64,000 nt of DNA from an uncultured cyanobacterium (GCA_963710605.1 CAVQBA010000001.1:192001-256000), one strand, 5' to 3'; positions 11,011 through 22,751 are shown, numbered from the stretch's first letter. Numbers and translations: made by a program. The notes: generated from the sequence alone by a model not told the origin.

Positions 11011-11409
11011 TTATTTGTTGCCAATTACTTGTTTGATTTTGTTGACAAATTCGTTATGATCAACTATTGGTTTAGAGATATAAGTATCAGCACCACTTTG
11101 GGATAATAAATTTTCTCGATCGCCCCTCATAGCATGAGCGGTTACAAGTATAATGGGTATATGCTTAGTTTTCTCGTCATTTTTGAGCATTCGAGTAATT
11201 TTGACACCGTCAACTGGTTGCCCTTGATAATAGCTATTAGCTAAAGATATATCCATCAAAATCACATCGACTTCAAGTGAATGAGTTATGGAGATAATTT
11301 CCTCAACATTTTCTGTACCTCTAACATCAAATCCACCTCTTTTAACAAGAATTTTAGAAAAAACTTTTAAATTGATCGGATCGTCTTCTACAATCAATAC
11401 TATACCCAT
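11011..11409 (-). CDS. Single-domain response regulator (DivK/CheY-like)
   Basis: VLIVEDD, ILMD, VTAHAM, YISKP. Confidence 0.9.
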   Translation of the reverse strand: MGIVLIVEDDPINLKVFSKILVKRGGFDVRGTENVEEIISITHSLEVDVILMDISLANSYYQGQPVDGVKITRMLKNDEKTKHIPIILVTAHAMRGDRENLLSQSGADTYISKPIVDHNEFVNKIKQVIGNK

Positions 11410-12866
11410 TATTTATTACTTAAATATACTTTCTCATTATGTTTGATAGAGGGAAAGAAATCTACGATCGGATTAGAATAATCAACTCCTAATTGTACAC
11501 CAAACTGTTTTTGTTCGGAAGAAGATAATTTCCAAGGTTGATGTATTTTGTCTCCCTTAATCGAGGCGATTTCAGGTAACCAATATCTTAAGTAATCTCC
11601 TTTTGCGTCATATTGTTGTGACTGTTTAGGAATATTAAAATAACGAAATCCACGAGCATCATTTCCAATTCCTGCGGTGTAATTCCAATTACCCCAATTA
11701 CTACAAACATCATAATCAATCAACAAAGACTCAAACCACTCAGCACCCATTTGCCAATTAACACCCAAATTTTTAGTCAAAAAACTAGCGACGTTTTGTC
11801 TTCCTCGGTTAGACATAAAACCTGTAGCTTTTAATTCTCTCATATTAGCATCAACTAAAGGGTAACCTGTTTGTCCCTCGCACCATACTTCAAACAATGA
11901 CCAATTTTCTTGCCAAGGTATCTCAATATTTTGTAAACCAGATTGATAAAATAAGCGGTTACCATATTTGAGTGCGGTAAAACGGAAAAAGTCACGCCAA
12001 ATTAATTCAAAGATAAGCCAATAAGTAGAATCGTTGGCAACTCTTTTGTCTTCGTATTCTTTTACTTGTTGATAAATAAAACGAGGGGAAATACAACCAA
12101 GTGCTAACCAAGCTGAAAATTTAGATGAGTAATCTGCACCTAACATCCCGTTACGAGTTTCTTTATATTTTTTCAGGCAATCTTTTTCCCAAAAATAATC
12201 TTTTAGCCTTTGAATGGCTTGAGTTTCTCCACCGACAAAATTTAATACTCCTCGTTGCTCTTGATCATGCTCATCTTTTAATCCTAGTTGTGATAAAGTA
12301 GGTATGCTACCTCGATCGATTTCGATCGTCGGCGGTAATTTAGTAGGTGTTTTAACAGTGGGTTTAACTTCACTATGTTTTTCTACTTTTTTACGAAAAC
12401 TGGTATAAAGATCGGGAATATTACTTGTTTCAAAAGGTAAATCTTCAGGGTGATATAAAGTAGATTGCCAAATAGATTCAACTTTAATATTTGCTTTATT
12501 TAAACTGTTAATTATTCTTTTTTCTACTTGTGTTTCTTCTGAAGTTACTTCTTCACTAAAAAGTACTAAATCGATATTGTTATCGATCGCAATTTGAGTT
12601 ATAATATCTTCTGTTATTCCTTTTCTTACTATTAAATCACTACCAATTTTTTCTAAGTTTTGCCTCAAATCGCTAACGCTTTCTAACATAAATTTAGCTC
12701 GATGTATTCCTGTTTTAGGAAAGCCAAAAGAAGTAGTCGTAAAAACACGATCGTCAAAACAATATATAGGCGTAATCTTTTGAGGATTAAACTCGATCGC
12801 TTTAGTTAGTAATTGTTGGTCGTGTATTCTTAAATCGTTTCTAAACCAAATTAAAATATTATCCAC
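11409..12866 (-). CDS. cry: DASH-family cryptochrome
   Basis: WFRNDLR, YKETRNGMLGADYSSKFSAWL, ELIWRDFF, GFMSNRGRQNVAS. Confidence 0.93.
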   Translation of the reverse strand: MDNILIWFRNDLRIHDQQLLTKAIEFNPQKITPIYCFDDRVFTTTSFGFPKTGIHRAKFMLESVSDLRQNLEKIGSDLIVRKGITEDIITQIAIDNNIDLVLFSEEVTSEETQVEKRIINSLNKANIKVESIWQSTLYHPEDLPFETSNIPDLYTSFRKKVEKHSEVKPTVKTPTKLPPTIEIDRGSIPTLSQLGLKDEHDQEQRGVLNFVGGETQAIQRLKDYFWEKDCLKKYKETRNGMLGADYSSKFSAWLALGCISPRFIYQQVKEYEDKRVANDSTYWLIFELIWRDFFRFTALKYGNRLFYQSGLQNIEIPWQENWSLFEVWCEGQTGYPLVDANMRELKATGFMSNRGRQNVASFLTKNLGVNWQMGAEWFESLLIDYDVCSNWGNWNYTAGIGNDARGFRYFNIPKQSQQYDAKGDYLRYWLPEIASIKGDKIHQPWKLSSSEQKQFGVQLGVDYSNPIVDFFPSIKHNEKVYLSNK

Positions 12867-13250
12867 GTCTGATAGTTAATAGTTAATAGTTAATAGTTAA
12901 TAGTTATCAAGACAATAATTAATTAGCAATTGCTATATAATTTATCTAATTACCTATTATAAAACAAATAAAAGCAATACATAAAAGTTACAAAATGTCA
13001 ACTATTTTAGCTAGTTATTTAATGTCTTAAAATTATGATTATCTTAATATTATAAAATAAACGATCGTTCAATATTTAGTATAATAGTTAAAAATTTAAA
13101 ATATTCATCTTTATCAAAAAACGAGCCTATAAAAAAGAGTCAATAAATCTTTGTTTAGTAAACAATAAAAGTAATTACAATTAACGTTTAGATTTCACTC
13201 TTCATCTTTTATTCTCAATTCTCAATTCTCAATTCTCAATTATTAATTCT

Positions 13251-14126
13251 ATGGTAGAGACAAAATCAGATTTTTTTCATCAATCGGTATTACCCCAAGA
13301 AATAATTAGCCATCTTGAGATTAAAAACGATGGTCATTATTTAGATGCGACATTAGGTGCGGGAGGACATTCTAATCTTATTTTAGCTCATTATCCGCAA
13401 GTTAAATTAACCTCGATCGATCGAGATATTAATGCCATTGATTTTGCTAAACAAAAACTAGGCAAATACGGTAACAGAATCAACTTTTGGCAGGGAAATT
13501 TTGCTGAATATAAACCATTCAATAATCTGTTCGATGGTATTATAGCCGATTTAGGAGTTAGTTCACCACAATTAGATCATCCCGAAAGAGGTTTTAGTTT
13601 CCGCTTAGAAGGAGATTTAGATATGCGGATGGATTCTTCTCAATCTTTAACCGCCGCCAAAATAGTTAATCATTGGCGAGAAAAAGATATAGCTGATTTA
13701 ATTTATCTGTATGGAGAAGAAAGATTATCTCGTCGTATCGCTCGTAATATAGTTGAAAATCGTCCTTTTACTACTACTATACAGTTAGCCGAAATAATAG
13801 CCAATTGCGTACCAGGAAAATACCGTCACGGTAGAATTCATCCTGCAACACGAACATTTCAAGCCTTAAGAATTAGGGTGAATGAAGAATTAGAATCGTT
13901 AGAAAAATTTATTCAAGTTGCCCCAAACTGGTTGCAACCAGAAGCAAGAATTGCTATTATTAGTTTCCATAGCTTAGAAGATCGAATTGTTAAACATCAG
14001 TTTAAAGGTCATGAGCAATTAAAAGTTATTACTAAAAAACCGATTATACCTACAGAAGAAGAACAAAAACAAAATCCTCGTTCTCGATCGGCTAAACTTA
14101 GAGTAGCTTATCGTATCCCCACATAG
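13251..14126 (+). CDS. rsmH: 16S rRNA m4C1402 methyltransferase
   Basis: [47 protein letters not shown]. Confidence 0.97.
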   Translation: MVETKSDFFHQSVLPQEIISHLEIKNDGHYLDATLGAGGHSNLILAHYPQVKLTSIDRDINAIDFAKQKLGKYGNRINFWQGNFAEYKPFNNLFDGIIADLGVSSPQLDHPERGFSFRLEGDLDMRMDSSQSLTAAKIVNHWREKDIADLIYLYGEERLSRRIARNIVENRPFTTTIQLAEIIANCVPGKYRHGRIHPATRTFQALRIRVNEELESLEKFIQVAPNWLQPEARIAIISFHSLEDRIVKHQFKGHEQLKVITKKPIIPTEEEQKQNPRSRSAKLRVAYRIPT

Positions 14127-14240
14127 AATCATGGAAAATATTTATCTTGTCGTAATTGAAATAAAGCGAATAAATTATCTTATTTTAATTATTGACAATT
14201 AGATATACAGTGATAATTAGATAAACTGTTAAGTAAAATA

Positions 14241-14816
14241 ATGGCATATATTTACGTAATTGCAGGAGCAAATGGAGCGGGAAAAACTACTACTGCATTA
14301 GAGATATTACCAGAATATTTACAAATATTAGAATATGTTAATGCTGACGAAATAGCAAAAGGAATTTCACCTTTTAATTCTGAATCTGTTGCTATACAAG
14401 CTGGAAAATTAATGTTAAGAAGATTAGATTATTTGAAAAATAAAAAATCTGATTTTGCTTTTGAAACTACTTTATCTTCCAAGCATTATGCCCGTTTTCT
14501 CAACCAATGTAAACTAAAAGGATATACTATTAATTTGTTATTCTTTTGGCTAGATAGTCCAGAATTAGCTGTTTTGAGAGTTAAGCAAAGAGTAAAAGCT
14601 GGAGGACATAATATCCCTGAAAAGGTAATTTATCGACGCTATTACCGAGGATTAACTAACTTGTTTAATATTTATTTATCTTTGTGCGATAATTGGTTTA
14701 TCTATGATAACTCTGAGTTTCCAATCAGTTTAATTGCTAAGTTTACTCAAACTAGTAAATTAGTTATCAACGAGCGACAAAAATGGCAAAAAATGAAAGG
14801 TAATGATTATGAGTAA
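14241..14816 (+). CDS. Zeta-toxin-like P-loop kinase/ATPase
   Basis: IAGANGAGKTT, NADEIA, FAFETTLS, RV..GGHNIP. Confidence 0.88.
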   Translation: MAYIYVIAGANGAGKTTTALEILPEYLQILEYVNADEIAKGISPFNSESVAIQAGKLMLRRLDYLKNKKSDFAFETTLSSKHYARFLNQCKLKGYTINLLFFWLDSPELAVLRVKQRVKAGGHNIPEKVIYRRYYRGLTNLFNIYLSLCDNWFIYDNSEFPISLIAKFTQTSKLVINERQKWQKMKGNDYE

Positions 14817-14985
14817 AAAGGATTTAAATTTACGATTAATAAACCTTGATGATAAAATTAATTTATCAGTTAGAAAGGCTTTAGAAAAACATCAAAAATT
14901 AGGAGAATCAATTGTTGTTTCTGAACATGGAAAACCCAAAATTTATACTGGCGAAGAAATTAAAACTTTATTAGATAAAATCTGA
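14809..14985 (+). CDS. Small partner protein of the zeta-like kinase (putative antitoxin)
   Basis: Overlaps the kinase stop; VRKALEKHQKLGESIVV..GK pattern. Confidence 0.6.
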   Translation: MSKKDLNLRLINLDDKINLSVRKALEKHQKLGESIVVSEHGKPKIYTGEEIKTLLDKI

Positions 14986-15206
14986 GAATTTGACTAATAA
15001 TCTAAGTAAAAAAACTAAATATAATAAAGAAAGTAGGTAATAAATTGTTAGTAATCCAACAGTAAGATTGGTAATGTGATGGGTTAAGGCTAAGTTGTTA
15101 GTTTATTTATTGAAGATAACAATCTATAGTTATCTAAAATATTTTATGAGAATAATTACTGAATTATTATATACTTTTGAGAAAATCAATTCGTTAGTTC
15201 GATCGA

Positions 15207-15446
15207 TTGAATATGAACTTAAATAAATTAACTAATCTCGAACAAGAAGAGTATTGGATAGAAAAATGGTCTGAATTATATGAATTAATTGAAGTTGAAT
15301 CAGATATAGTTTTCCTTACATCGGATTGGAGAGAAATTACTTTAGATGAAGCTTTAGGTATTATACAAGATGAAGCATATCAAGACTATAAAATTAAGTT
15401 TAGAAAAGTTTGGTATAAAGGTAAGAAAGCACTTCAACTTTATTAA
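15207..15446 (+). CDS. Small hypothetical protein
   Basis: 79-aa ORF with protein-like composition. Confidence 0.45.
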   Translation: MNMNLNKLTNLEQEEYWIEKWSELYELIEVESDIVFLTSDWREITLDEALGIIQDEAYQDYKIKFRKVWYKGKKALQLY

Positions 15447-15659
15447 TCAAAAAACAAATTTATTTTTCGATATTTTAGTACAATTACGGTAATTTGTAGG
15501 AAATGGTTAAGCTTGAAAAAATTACCTACCAAAACTATAGCTTTAGATAAAGCGTAACCTAATCGTAAAATTGGTAGTGTAAGGAATTGCGTTTAAGTTT
15601 AAATCGATTGATTTTAACAAATAATTAATTGTTGTTTAACCTAACCTATCTTACTAATA

Positions 15660-16478
15660 TTAATCGTGATTGTCTTGAGAATAATCACAGATAGAATTAA
15701 ACTGACAATACCGACAAACCATACCTGGATTTGGGGGGAAAACTCAATCGAATTCTTGCTTATAAAAACGATAGCTTTTTAATTCTGATTGATGTTTCTG
15801 AGCAATTTTTTTCAGTCTTTCCTGTAATAACATTAACTCATATTGTGTAGCGGTTAATGTTTCTGACCAAATTTCTTTTTCGAGGTTATAAAATGAAGCA
15901 ACAGCTTGACGATAAGGATATAAATATTGAGCCGCCAACAAATAAATATATCCTTGTCTGGTATCAAAATCAGAAGTACCAGTTTTTAAATCAATAATAT
16001 TAATTACACCGTTATTTTCTTCAACAATACAGTCAACAGCGGCATAAAGATTAAATTCAAAACCGTTATCATTAATTACTATAGGTTGAGGATAACCTTC
16101 ATCACCACGACTTAAACTAAGTATTTCTTTATCTTTTAAAACAGGATTTTTTTGATACTTTTCTAAGATTACTTCAACTCTATTTTGTACCTCTGGTAAT
16201 TCTTCAGCTAATTTTATTTTTTCTTTGACTTTTAAAATAGAATTAACATCATCTAAATCGCAATCTGGTTGATGAAATTCATAGACTGCTTCTTGGGCTA
16301 ACAAACCGATACGTTGAGGAATACTTTCTATATTTAATAAAGCCTTGACTTCTTCTTCTTTTTTTCTGGCTTTATAAAAACCTCTTTTCATATCACAATG
16401 CCATACTTCTTGCCCGACAGCGGGAGAATGAAGGTTGAGCAAATTGTAACTAGCAAAATTATAATTTTTCTTCTTCAC
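15660..16478 (-). CDS. PD-(D/E)XK Cas4/AddB-like Fe-S nuclease with an in-frame TGA at 15744-15746
   Basis: WHCDMKRG, YAAVDC..IIDLKTG..Q.YIY; reading through the TGA gives VFPPNPGMVCRYCQFNSICDYSQDNHD*, completing a 1+3 Cys pattern. Confidence 0.8.
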
Positions 16479-16576
16479 TATATTTCTCTATTTCGTCTTA
16501 TTTTTCTATTATATAAGTGCCAAAATTAAATCTATCTCTTATCGATAAGAGGGTGTCAATCAGAATGGAGAATGGA

Positions 16577-16604
16577 GATGAATCCCTGCTTCGCACGTCT
16601 TCGG
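16577..16604. repeat. 28-bp small dispersed repeat GATGAATCCCTGCTTCGCACGTCTTCGG in GAGAATG heptamers
   Basis: Exact reverse complement at 22211-22238; degenerate tandem copy at ~16615-16643. Confidence 0.85.
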
Positions 16605-16958
16605 GGAGAATGGAGATGAATTCTTGCTTTGCAATTATTCGGGGAGAATTACCTTTACACTCAAGTATGAGGCTTGAAATAATGAATTAATTATTTTCTT
16701 ATTTTCACGCTTTTAAGAGGAGGCTTGTATCCATATTTTTCGGTAAACCTTACACCCCTACATTAGAATTTTTTACTTAAATTTGCACTCTTACTTACCT
16801 TTACCGATTATACTAATTTATCAACACTGGAAAAAACGATCGTTTCAATTCTTCTTTTATTTTCTTCACTCTCCATTATTGTTGCCCATTCTTTATGATA
16901 GTAATGTGTGTCGTCATTATTAATCTATATATATTCAGCCTTTATTCTCAATTCTTCT

Positions 16959-18623
16959 ATGATGTCCTTATCTCGTATAATTACGATCGTTGTTGGTATT
17001 AGTGCTATCTTTGGCTTAATGCTATGGTTAGTAAGTGCCGTATCTAGACTTTATAGCGAAATAGCATGGACTAGCCCTTTTTTAGCTAACTTCCTTGTTT
17101 TTATCCTCATTGTCTTACTTATTTGTTTTATTGCTTTATTTGTCTATTATTTATTCATTCTCCCGAATCAAAGTAAAGGTAAAGGAGGAAGAAGAAGAGG
17201 AATAAATCGTATTTTACCTACCTTACCCTCAGGTAAAAATGAAATTGCCACTGAAACTTTAAAAGCAGTCAAAAAACAAGTAGCTCAAATTCAGGATGAA
17301 GTCGCCCAACAAGCACTAATAGAAAAATCAGTCGAAATCGAAACCAGTTTAACGACAGGAAGATTACAAGTAGTAATATTTGGTACAGGTAGTGCAGGTA
17401 AAACTTCTTTAGTTAATGCGATTATGGGTGAAATGGTAGCTGATGTACAACCGAGTATGGGTACAACTACCGAAGGTACAACTTATCGTTTAGAATTAGT
17501 TGGTATTGCACGAGAAATATTAATTACTGACACCCCCGGTATTCTAGAAATGGGTGCATCAGGGGAAACAAAAGAGCAATTAGCCCGTGAATTAGCAACC
17601 TGTGCGGATTTACTTATCTTCGTCTGTGATAACGATTTGAGGGCATCTGAATTTAAACCTTTAGAAGCATTGGCAAGTATTGGTAAACGATCGTTATTAG
17701 TACTTAATAAGATAGACTTATACTCACAAGAAGAGCAAGAAATAATTGTTAAACAACTCAAAGCTAGAGTCAAAAATTTTATCGCCCCAGTAGATGTCTT
17801 AACCGCTTGTGCAAATCCTCAACCGATACAATTTTCCGCTGAGGAAACAATTCAACCTGATGTCGAAATTTTGTCTGTCATCAAACGTTTAGCCGCAATT
17901 TGCCGTGGTGAAGGAGACGACTTACTCGCTGATAATATCTTATTACAATCTCAAAGACTTGGTGCTGAAGCCCGTAAATTAATTAGTAAACAACGTAGCA
18001 AAGAAGCTGATAAAATTATTACCCGTTATCAATGGATTGGTGCAGGGGTGATTGCTTGTACACCTCTTCCTGTTGTTGATATGTTAGCTACCGCCGCCGT
18101 TAACGCTCAAATGGTAGTCGAAATTGGACAAGTATATGGATGTGAATTAAATAGCGAAACAGGCAAAGATTTGGCTTTATCTTTAGGTAAAACCCTAGTC
18201 AGTTTGGGTGTAGTCAAAGGGGCGGTGGATTTAGTGGCTAAGGCATTACAATTTACGGCGACGACTTATGTCGTAGGTAAGGTAATTCAAGCAATTAGTG
18301 CGGCGTATTTAACTAGAATTGCTGGAAAAAGTTTTATTGAATATTTTAGTCAAGATCAAGATTGGGGAGATGGAGGTATCACTGAAGTCGTCCAGAGACA
18401 ATTTAAATTAAACCGTAAAGACGAGTTTATCAAAGCTTTCGTACAGGATGCCATAACTCGTGTTATCGATCCAATTAAGGACAATTTTGAGGAGAACATA
18501 GACGATCGTTTAGAACCAATCGAATTACCTCAGCAAATGAGTAACGATGTTTATTTTAATGATACTGCTGAAGATGATTGGCATAATGATGGTTATAGTA
18601 AGACTAATGATGAATGGCAGTGA
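16959..18623 (+). CDS. Membrane-anchored Era-like GTPase with DUF697/YcjF domain
   Basis: Two N-terminal TMs, GTGSAGKTS, DTPG, NKID, TPLPVVDMLA. Confidence 0.85.
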   Translation: MMSLSRIITIVVGISAIFGLMLWLVSAVSRLYSEIAWTSPFLANFLVFILIVLLICFIALFVYYLFILPNQSKGKGGRRRGINRILPTLPSGKNEIATETLKAVKKQVAQIQDEVAQQALIEKSVEIETSLTTGRLQVVIFGTGSAGKTSLVNAIMGEMVADVQPSMGTTTEGTTYRLELVGIAREILITDTPGILEMGASGETKEQLARELATCADLLIFVCDNDLRASEFKPLEALASIGKRSLLVLNKIDLYSQEEQEIIVKQLKARVKNFIAPVDVLTACANPQPIQFSAEETIQPDVEILSVIKRLAAICRGEGDDLLADNILLQSQRLGAEARKLISKQRSKEADKIITRYQWIGAGVIACTPLPVVDMLATAAVNAQMVVEIGQVYGCELNSETGKDLALSLGKTLVSLGVVKGAVDLVAKALQFTATTYVVGKVIQAISAAYLTRIAGKSFIEYFSQDQDWGDGGITEVVQRQFKLNRKDEFIKAFVQDAITRVIDPIKDNFEENIDDRLEPIELPQQMSNDVYFNDTAEDDWHNDGYSKTNDEWQ

Positions 18624-18799
18624 AGCAATTAATAATTAATAATTAATAATTAATAATGAAATAAACTGACTGGTAGTTAGTTACCTTGATGTTTAATGCT
18701 CGAACCTAAAAAGAGTTTTGTTGATGAAAAAAGATGCTCTAAATATAGAACATCTTAAAATACAGACTAAAGATTAATAATCAATAGTAACTAATGAAA

Positions 18800-19813
18800 T
18801 TATTTCCAGTTAGAAGCAACAATTTCAGCTAAATCAACAACTCTTTGAGAATAACCCCATTCGTTGTCATACCAAGCAATGATTTTAATCATATCTCCGC
18901 CCATAACCATGGTGTAGTTACTGTCAAAGATAGAAGATACATTAGCACCACGAAAATCACAAGAAACTAAAGGTAAATCGTTATAACCTAAAATACCTTT
19001 CATACTTTTTTCACTAGCTTCTTTCATCACTCTGTTGACTTGCTCAGCGATTGTACCTTTTTCTACTTGTACTACTAAATCAACTACAGAAACGTTAGGA
19101 GTCGGTACTCTTAAAGCAATACCATTCAACTTACCTTTTAACTGAGGTAATACTAAAGCAACAGCCTTAGCCGCACCAGTACTAGTAGGTACAATGTTAA
19201 GTGCCGCCGCACGCGCTCTACGTAAGTCACGGTGACTTGCATCTAATAAACGTTGGTCTCCAGTATAACTGTGAGTGGTAGTCATTGTACCTTTGACGAT
19301 ACCAAAATTGTCATCAATTACTTTCGCTACAGGTGCTAGACAGTTAGTGGTACAACTTGCATTACTGACTACATTAAATTTATCATGACTATACTCACTG
19401 TCATTAACACCAACTACATAAGTACCAATCTCACCACCTTTACCCGGTGCGGTGATTAAGACTTTTTTAGCACCTGCTTGAATATGTTTAGAAGCACCTT
19501 CCTCGCTTACAAATACACCAGTTGATTCAATTACTAAATCAATATCCCATTCAGCCCAAGGTAAATTTAAAGGATTACGATCGGATACACATTTAAGAGT
19601 CTTACCATTGACAGTAATGGAGTTTTCATCCGCTTCAATATCTGCATCTAAAATTCCTAACATGGAATCATATTTTAGCAAGTGTGCATTGCTTCTTGGA
19701 TCAGAAGTATCATTAATTCCAATTACTTCTAAACCACTATTCTCACGTCCTAACCAACAACGTAAAAAGTTACGACCAATACGTCCAAAACCGTTAATAG
19801 CTACTCTTACCAC
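18800..19813 (-). CDS. gap2: NAD(P)-dependent glyceraldehyde-3-phosphate dehydrogenase (Calvin cycle type)
   Basis: [47 protein letters not shown]. Confidence 0.97.
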   Translation of the reverse strand: MVRVAINGFGRIGRNFLRCWLGRENSGLEVIGINDTSDPRSNAHLLKYDSMLGILDADIEADENSITVNGKTLKCVSDRNPLNLPWAEWDIDLVIESTGVFVSEEGASKHIQAGAKKVLITAPGKGGEIGTYVVGVNDSEYSHDKFNVVSNASCTTNCLAPVAKVIDDNFGIVKGTMTTTHSYTGDQRLLDASHRDLRRARAAALNIVPTSTGAAKAVALVLPQLKGKLNGIALRVPTPNVSVVDLVVQVEKGTIAEQVNRVMKEASEKSMKGILGYNDLPLVSCDFRGANVSSIFDSNYTMVMGGDMIKIIAWYDNEWGYSQRVVDLAEIVASNWK

Positions 19814-20261
19814 AGTTTATTCCCTCTTTTATTTAAGATTAATAATGTAAATTTTTCTAATTGTGCCTAATCATATCGTAAATAACGTACCATGCGATAC
19901 CCATATTTAAGTTTTTTTTAATTTTTTTAATTTTTTTCTGATTCACATTTCACTCTTTTTCTTGTTTTTACTCTCAACTGAATTAATGGTTAAATAATTG
20001 ATAGTTGTTAATTATTTTTTATCTTTGTTATCACTTGATTGTGACTACTTTCGGTTAACTAATAATTGCTATACTAATGGCTAGATTTTGTTAACAAGAT
20101 CAAGGTTTGAAGATGGCTTTTGCCTTGGATGGCTTTGTACTTAATTAGATATTTATTCGGACTCAAACTATTGATTTATCTCGTGTTGTAGAAGATCATA
20201 ATATATCAAGCCAAAATAGACTCGATTGAGCGAAATTAAAAAATAAAGAATAGCAAAAATT

Positions 20262-20927
20262 ATGACAAGCAAAAAAGCAATTGTTTTATTATCTGGTGGT
20301 TTAGATTCAGCAACTAGTGCAGCGATCGCCATCTCTCAGGGATATGATACGATCGCTCTATCATGTAGTTATGGACAAAAACACGCTAAAGAATTAGAAG
20401 TAGCTAAAGCCCTCGCCCCACGTTTAGGTATTAAAGAGCATCACATTATTGATGTTAATCTTTCATTATGGGGAGGCTCATCTTTAACTGATGATAATAT
20501 GGCAATTCCAGATACTGGTGTCGAATCAGGTGTTATACCTTCAACCTATGTACCCGGCAGAAATACTGTTTTTATTTCGATCGCACTTTCACTAGCAGAA
20601 GCAAGACAAGCAGAAGCGATTTTTTTAGGTATCAATGCGGTGGATTATTCTGGTTATCCTGATTGTCGCCCCGAATATTTACAAGCATTTCAACAATTAG
20701 CTAATCTTTCTTCTAAAGCAGGAATAGAAGGTAATGCACCTGAGTTAATCGCTCCTTTAGTTACTTTATCCAAAGTAGATATTGTCAAAAAAGCAATTAG
20801 TTTAAACGTACCGATACAAGATACTTGGTCATGTTATCAAGGAGGAGAAAAACCTTGTGGAGTTTGTGACTCTTGTAGGATTAGAGATGAAGCCTTAGTT
20901 AAAGCAGGTTATTTCAGTGAACAATGA
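20262..20927 (+). CDS. queC: 7-cyano-7-deazaguanine synthase
   Basis: [32 protein letters not shown]. Confidence 0.96.
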   Translation: MTSKKAIVLLSGGLDSATSAAIAISQGYDTIALSCSYGQKHAKELEVAKALAPRLGIKEHHIIDVNLSLWGGSSLTDDNMAIPDTGVESGVIPSTYVPGRNTVFISIALSLAEARQAEAIFLGINAVDYSGYPDCRPEYLQAFQQLANLSSKAGIEGNAPELIAPLVTLSKVDIVKKAISLNVPIQDTWSCYQGGEKPCGVCDSCRIRDEALVKAGYFSEQ

Positions 20928-21048
20928 ACAATGAACAGTGAACAATGCTAACAGTAGTCTTTATTAATTAATAGATTAATTGTCTTTATTTGATTTGGTT
21001 ATTAATTAAATTAATCTGAATTAGGATAAGAAGGGTTTTTTTAATAGT

Positions 21049-21576
21049 TTAGATACTAACTAAAGAGTTTGTCTGAGCTAAAATCTGAGGGTTGGCAAAC
21101 TTATTATCAAGATTGATATTAATATGTCTAGCTAATGTAGCAACATCCAAACATTCTTGAGTAACTTTATCTTGATGACCATTGTTAATAAACCACTGTA
21201 AAACTGTTTCTAAGTACCAAATTGCTTGTGAACCTCGATAAAATGGTTTGGGGAAGGTAGCTCGCTCAACAAATTTCCTAATATTTTGTCTTGTACAGTC
21301 AAAAAGTAGCGAAAGTTCTCTAACTCCTACAATATCTGGTGAAACATGAGCTAAAGTTGCATCAGGAATAGCATCACGAACATCATTGATAGCACTTGAA
21401 ATAGCATCGTAAGCAGATTCAGATTCACGAATAAAGTCTAAAGCTATAGAGCCTTTTTCCCCAATTCCAATACAAGCATCACTACATCCGCTTTCATATA
21501 GCTTATCCACATAAATAGCAGGATTTAGATTAGAATCACCAAGTTTAAATATCAAAGCAAAATCATATTCATTCAT
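21049..21576 (-). CDS. HicB-like domain plus AlpA-type HTH DNA-binding protein (putative antitoxin)
   Basis: LYESGCSDA..IALDFIRE..AI..A..DV; PDIVGV.EL...TRQNIRK...FPKP. Confidence 0.7.
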   Translation of the reverse strand: MNEYDFALIFKLGDSNLNPAIYVDKLYESGCSDACIGIGEKGSIALDFIRESESAYDAISSAINDVRDAIPDATLAHVSPDIVGVRELSLLFDCTRQNIRKFVERATFPKPFYRGSQAIWYLETVLQWFINNGHQDKVTQECLDVATLARHININLDNKFANPQILAQTNSLVSI

Positions 21577-21645
21577 ATAGCAAAGGGCAAAGTTCAAAGG
21601 TCAAAGGGCAAAGGTAAAATGCTTGTATCTTAATAGCTTTACTTC

Positions 21646-21759
21646 TTACATTTTTCCCCAAGCGTGAGAATGGGCAGAAGCAATTTCAACTCGCCACTTT
21701 TTTTCAATTGCATATTCAATAGCATCATTAATATCTTTATTAGGATGACTTTTAACCAT
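21646..21759 (-). pseudogene. Truncated HicA-like toxin upstream of the HicB-HTH gene
   Basis: My translation is MVKSHPNKDINDAIEYAIEKKWRVEIASAHSHAWGKM*, followed by heptamer repeats instead of the rest of the domain. Confidence 0.65.
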
Positions 21760-21771
21760 ATTTAATCGTAG

Positions 21772-21787
21772 GTTGTCACTTGACAAC
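21772..21787. promoter_or_regulatory. Palindrome GTTGTCA-CT-TGACAAC, probable autoregulatory operator
   Basis: Perfect 7-bp inverted repeat 12 bp upstream of the HicA-like start. Confidence 0.55.
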
Positions 21788-21970
21788 TTGATCTAATCTA
21801 ACAAAAATAAAAAATAATTAAGTAAAATAGGATACAGCTAAAGTAATCAAAGATGACGAAACCGAAGCTCTTTTTGAGAGTAAGTTTGGTATAAAGCCTT
21901 GTTTGTTCGATCGATTAGCTATACCGTATGACTCAAAAATAGACACACGATCGAGTAAAATTTATTTATT

Positions 21971-22195
21971 ATGGCACAATCAACAATTAAAATAGGCGAT
22001 CGTATTCAAGTTACCGAATTACCACCATACCTCAAAACAGCAGACCCTATGCCTATGTTACGCTCTAGTAGCTTACTTACCCTAGGAGAAGAAGGAATAA
22101 TAATCAAAGCCAATCCAGCAGGTTACTGGAGTATTCGTTTTACTCAAGGTGCATATTTATTAGAAAGTAAATTTTTTAGAGTAATAGAATCTTAA
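21971..22195 (+). CDS. sipA: SipA (NblS-interacting, DUF3148) protein
   Basis: LPPYLKTADPMPMLR...GEEG...W.IRF..GAYL. Confidence 0.85.
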   Translation: MAQSTIKIGDRIQVTELPPYLKTADPMPMLRSSSLLTLGEEGIIIKANPAGYWSIRFTQGAYLLESKFFRVIES

Positions 22196-22210
22196 AACTA
22201 CCAATTCTCA

Positions 22211-22238
22211 CCGAAGACGTGCGAAGCAGGGATTCATC
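22211..22238. repeat. Small dispersed repeat (reverse complement of 16577-16604) in AATTCTC heptamers
   Basis: CCGAAGACGTGCGAAGCAGGGATTCATC. Confidence 0.85.
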
Positions 22239-22751
22239 ACGGGTTCTCAATTCTCAATTATTTAGTCGTAGTATCACCAAACAAAAGATAGTAAAAACAA
22301 ACCAACAGTTACAATTATTTCAATAGTAAGATATAATAGTAAAGAACATCACCACGAACACGGAAAGCAGATGAAATTGTTAATCGAAAATCAAAGTTTT
22401 TTCTCAACGAAACTTAGTTTTAGATTGATCTGTTTAATTCTTAAGTTGTTAATCAAATAAGCTAGTTGTTATATTGACTAGCGGAAAGGTAGTATATCTC
22501 AAAATCTAGATAAATGCAACGATCGAAAATGATTTTGAGAAAAAATATTAACTTCTTTCACATTTTGTTACAATGACTTATCATAACTTATCAAGAGTAA
22601 TAGACACTTTTTTAAGATAAAGACTTAGGATTTGACAAAACCTAATTTTTATCCTCAAACCCTTGTGTTTAAATAGCCTCTGATAGATCATACTGCATCG
22701 ATCGTAAGGTAGTTGATTCTAAACCCTTAAAAACTTATACAAAATCGAATT

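Noticed and set aside
15744-15746. Selenocysteine or recoded TGA
   Set aside because: The position is not a Cys-motif site, no SECIS-like hairpin is evident, and TGA is a normal stop elsewhere in the window
20262-20927. QueC as part of a Qat/Dpd defence system, or a preQ1 riboswitch upstream
   Set aside because: Canonical stand-alone QueC with no partner genes; no recognisable riboswitch motif
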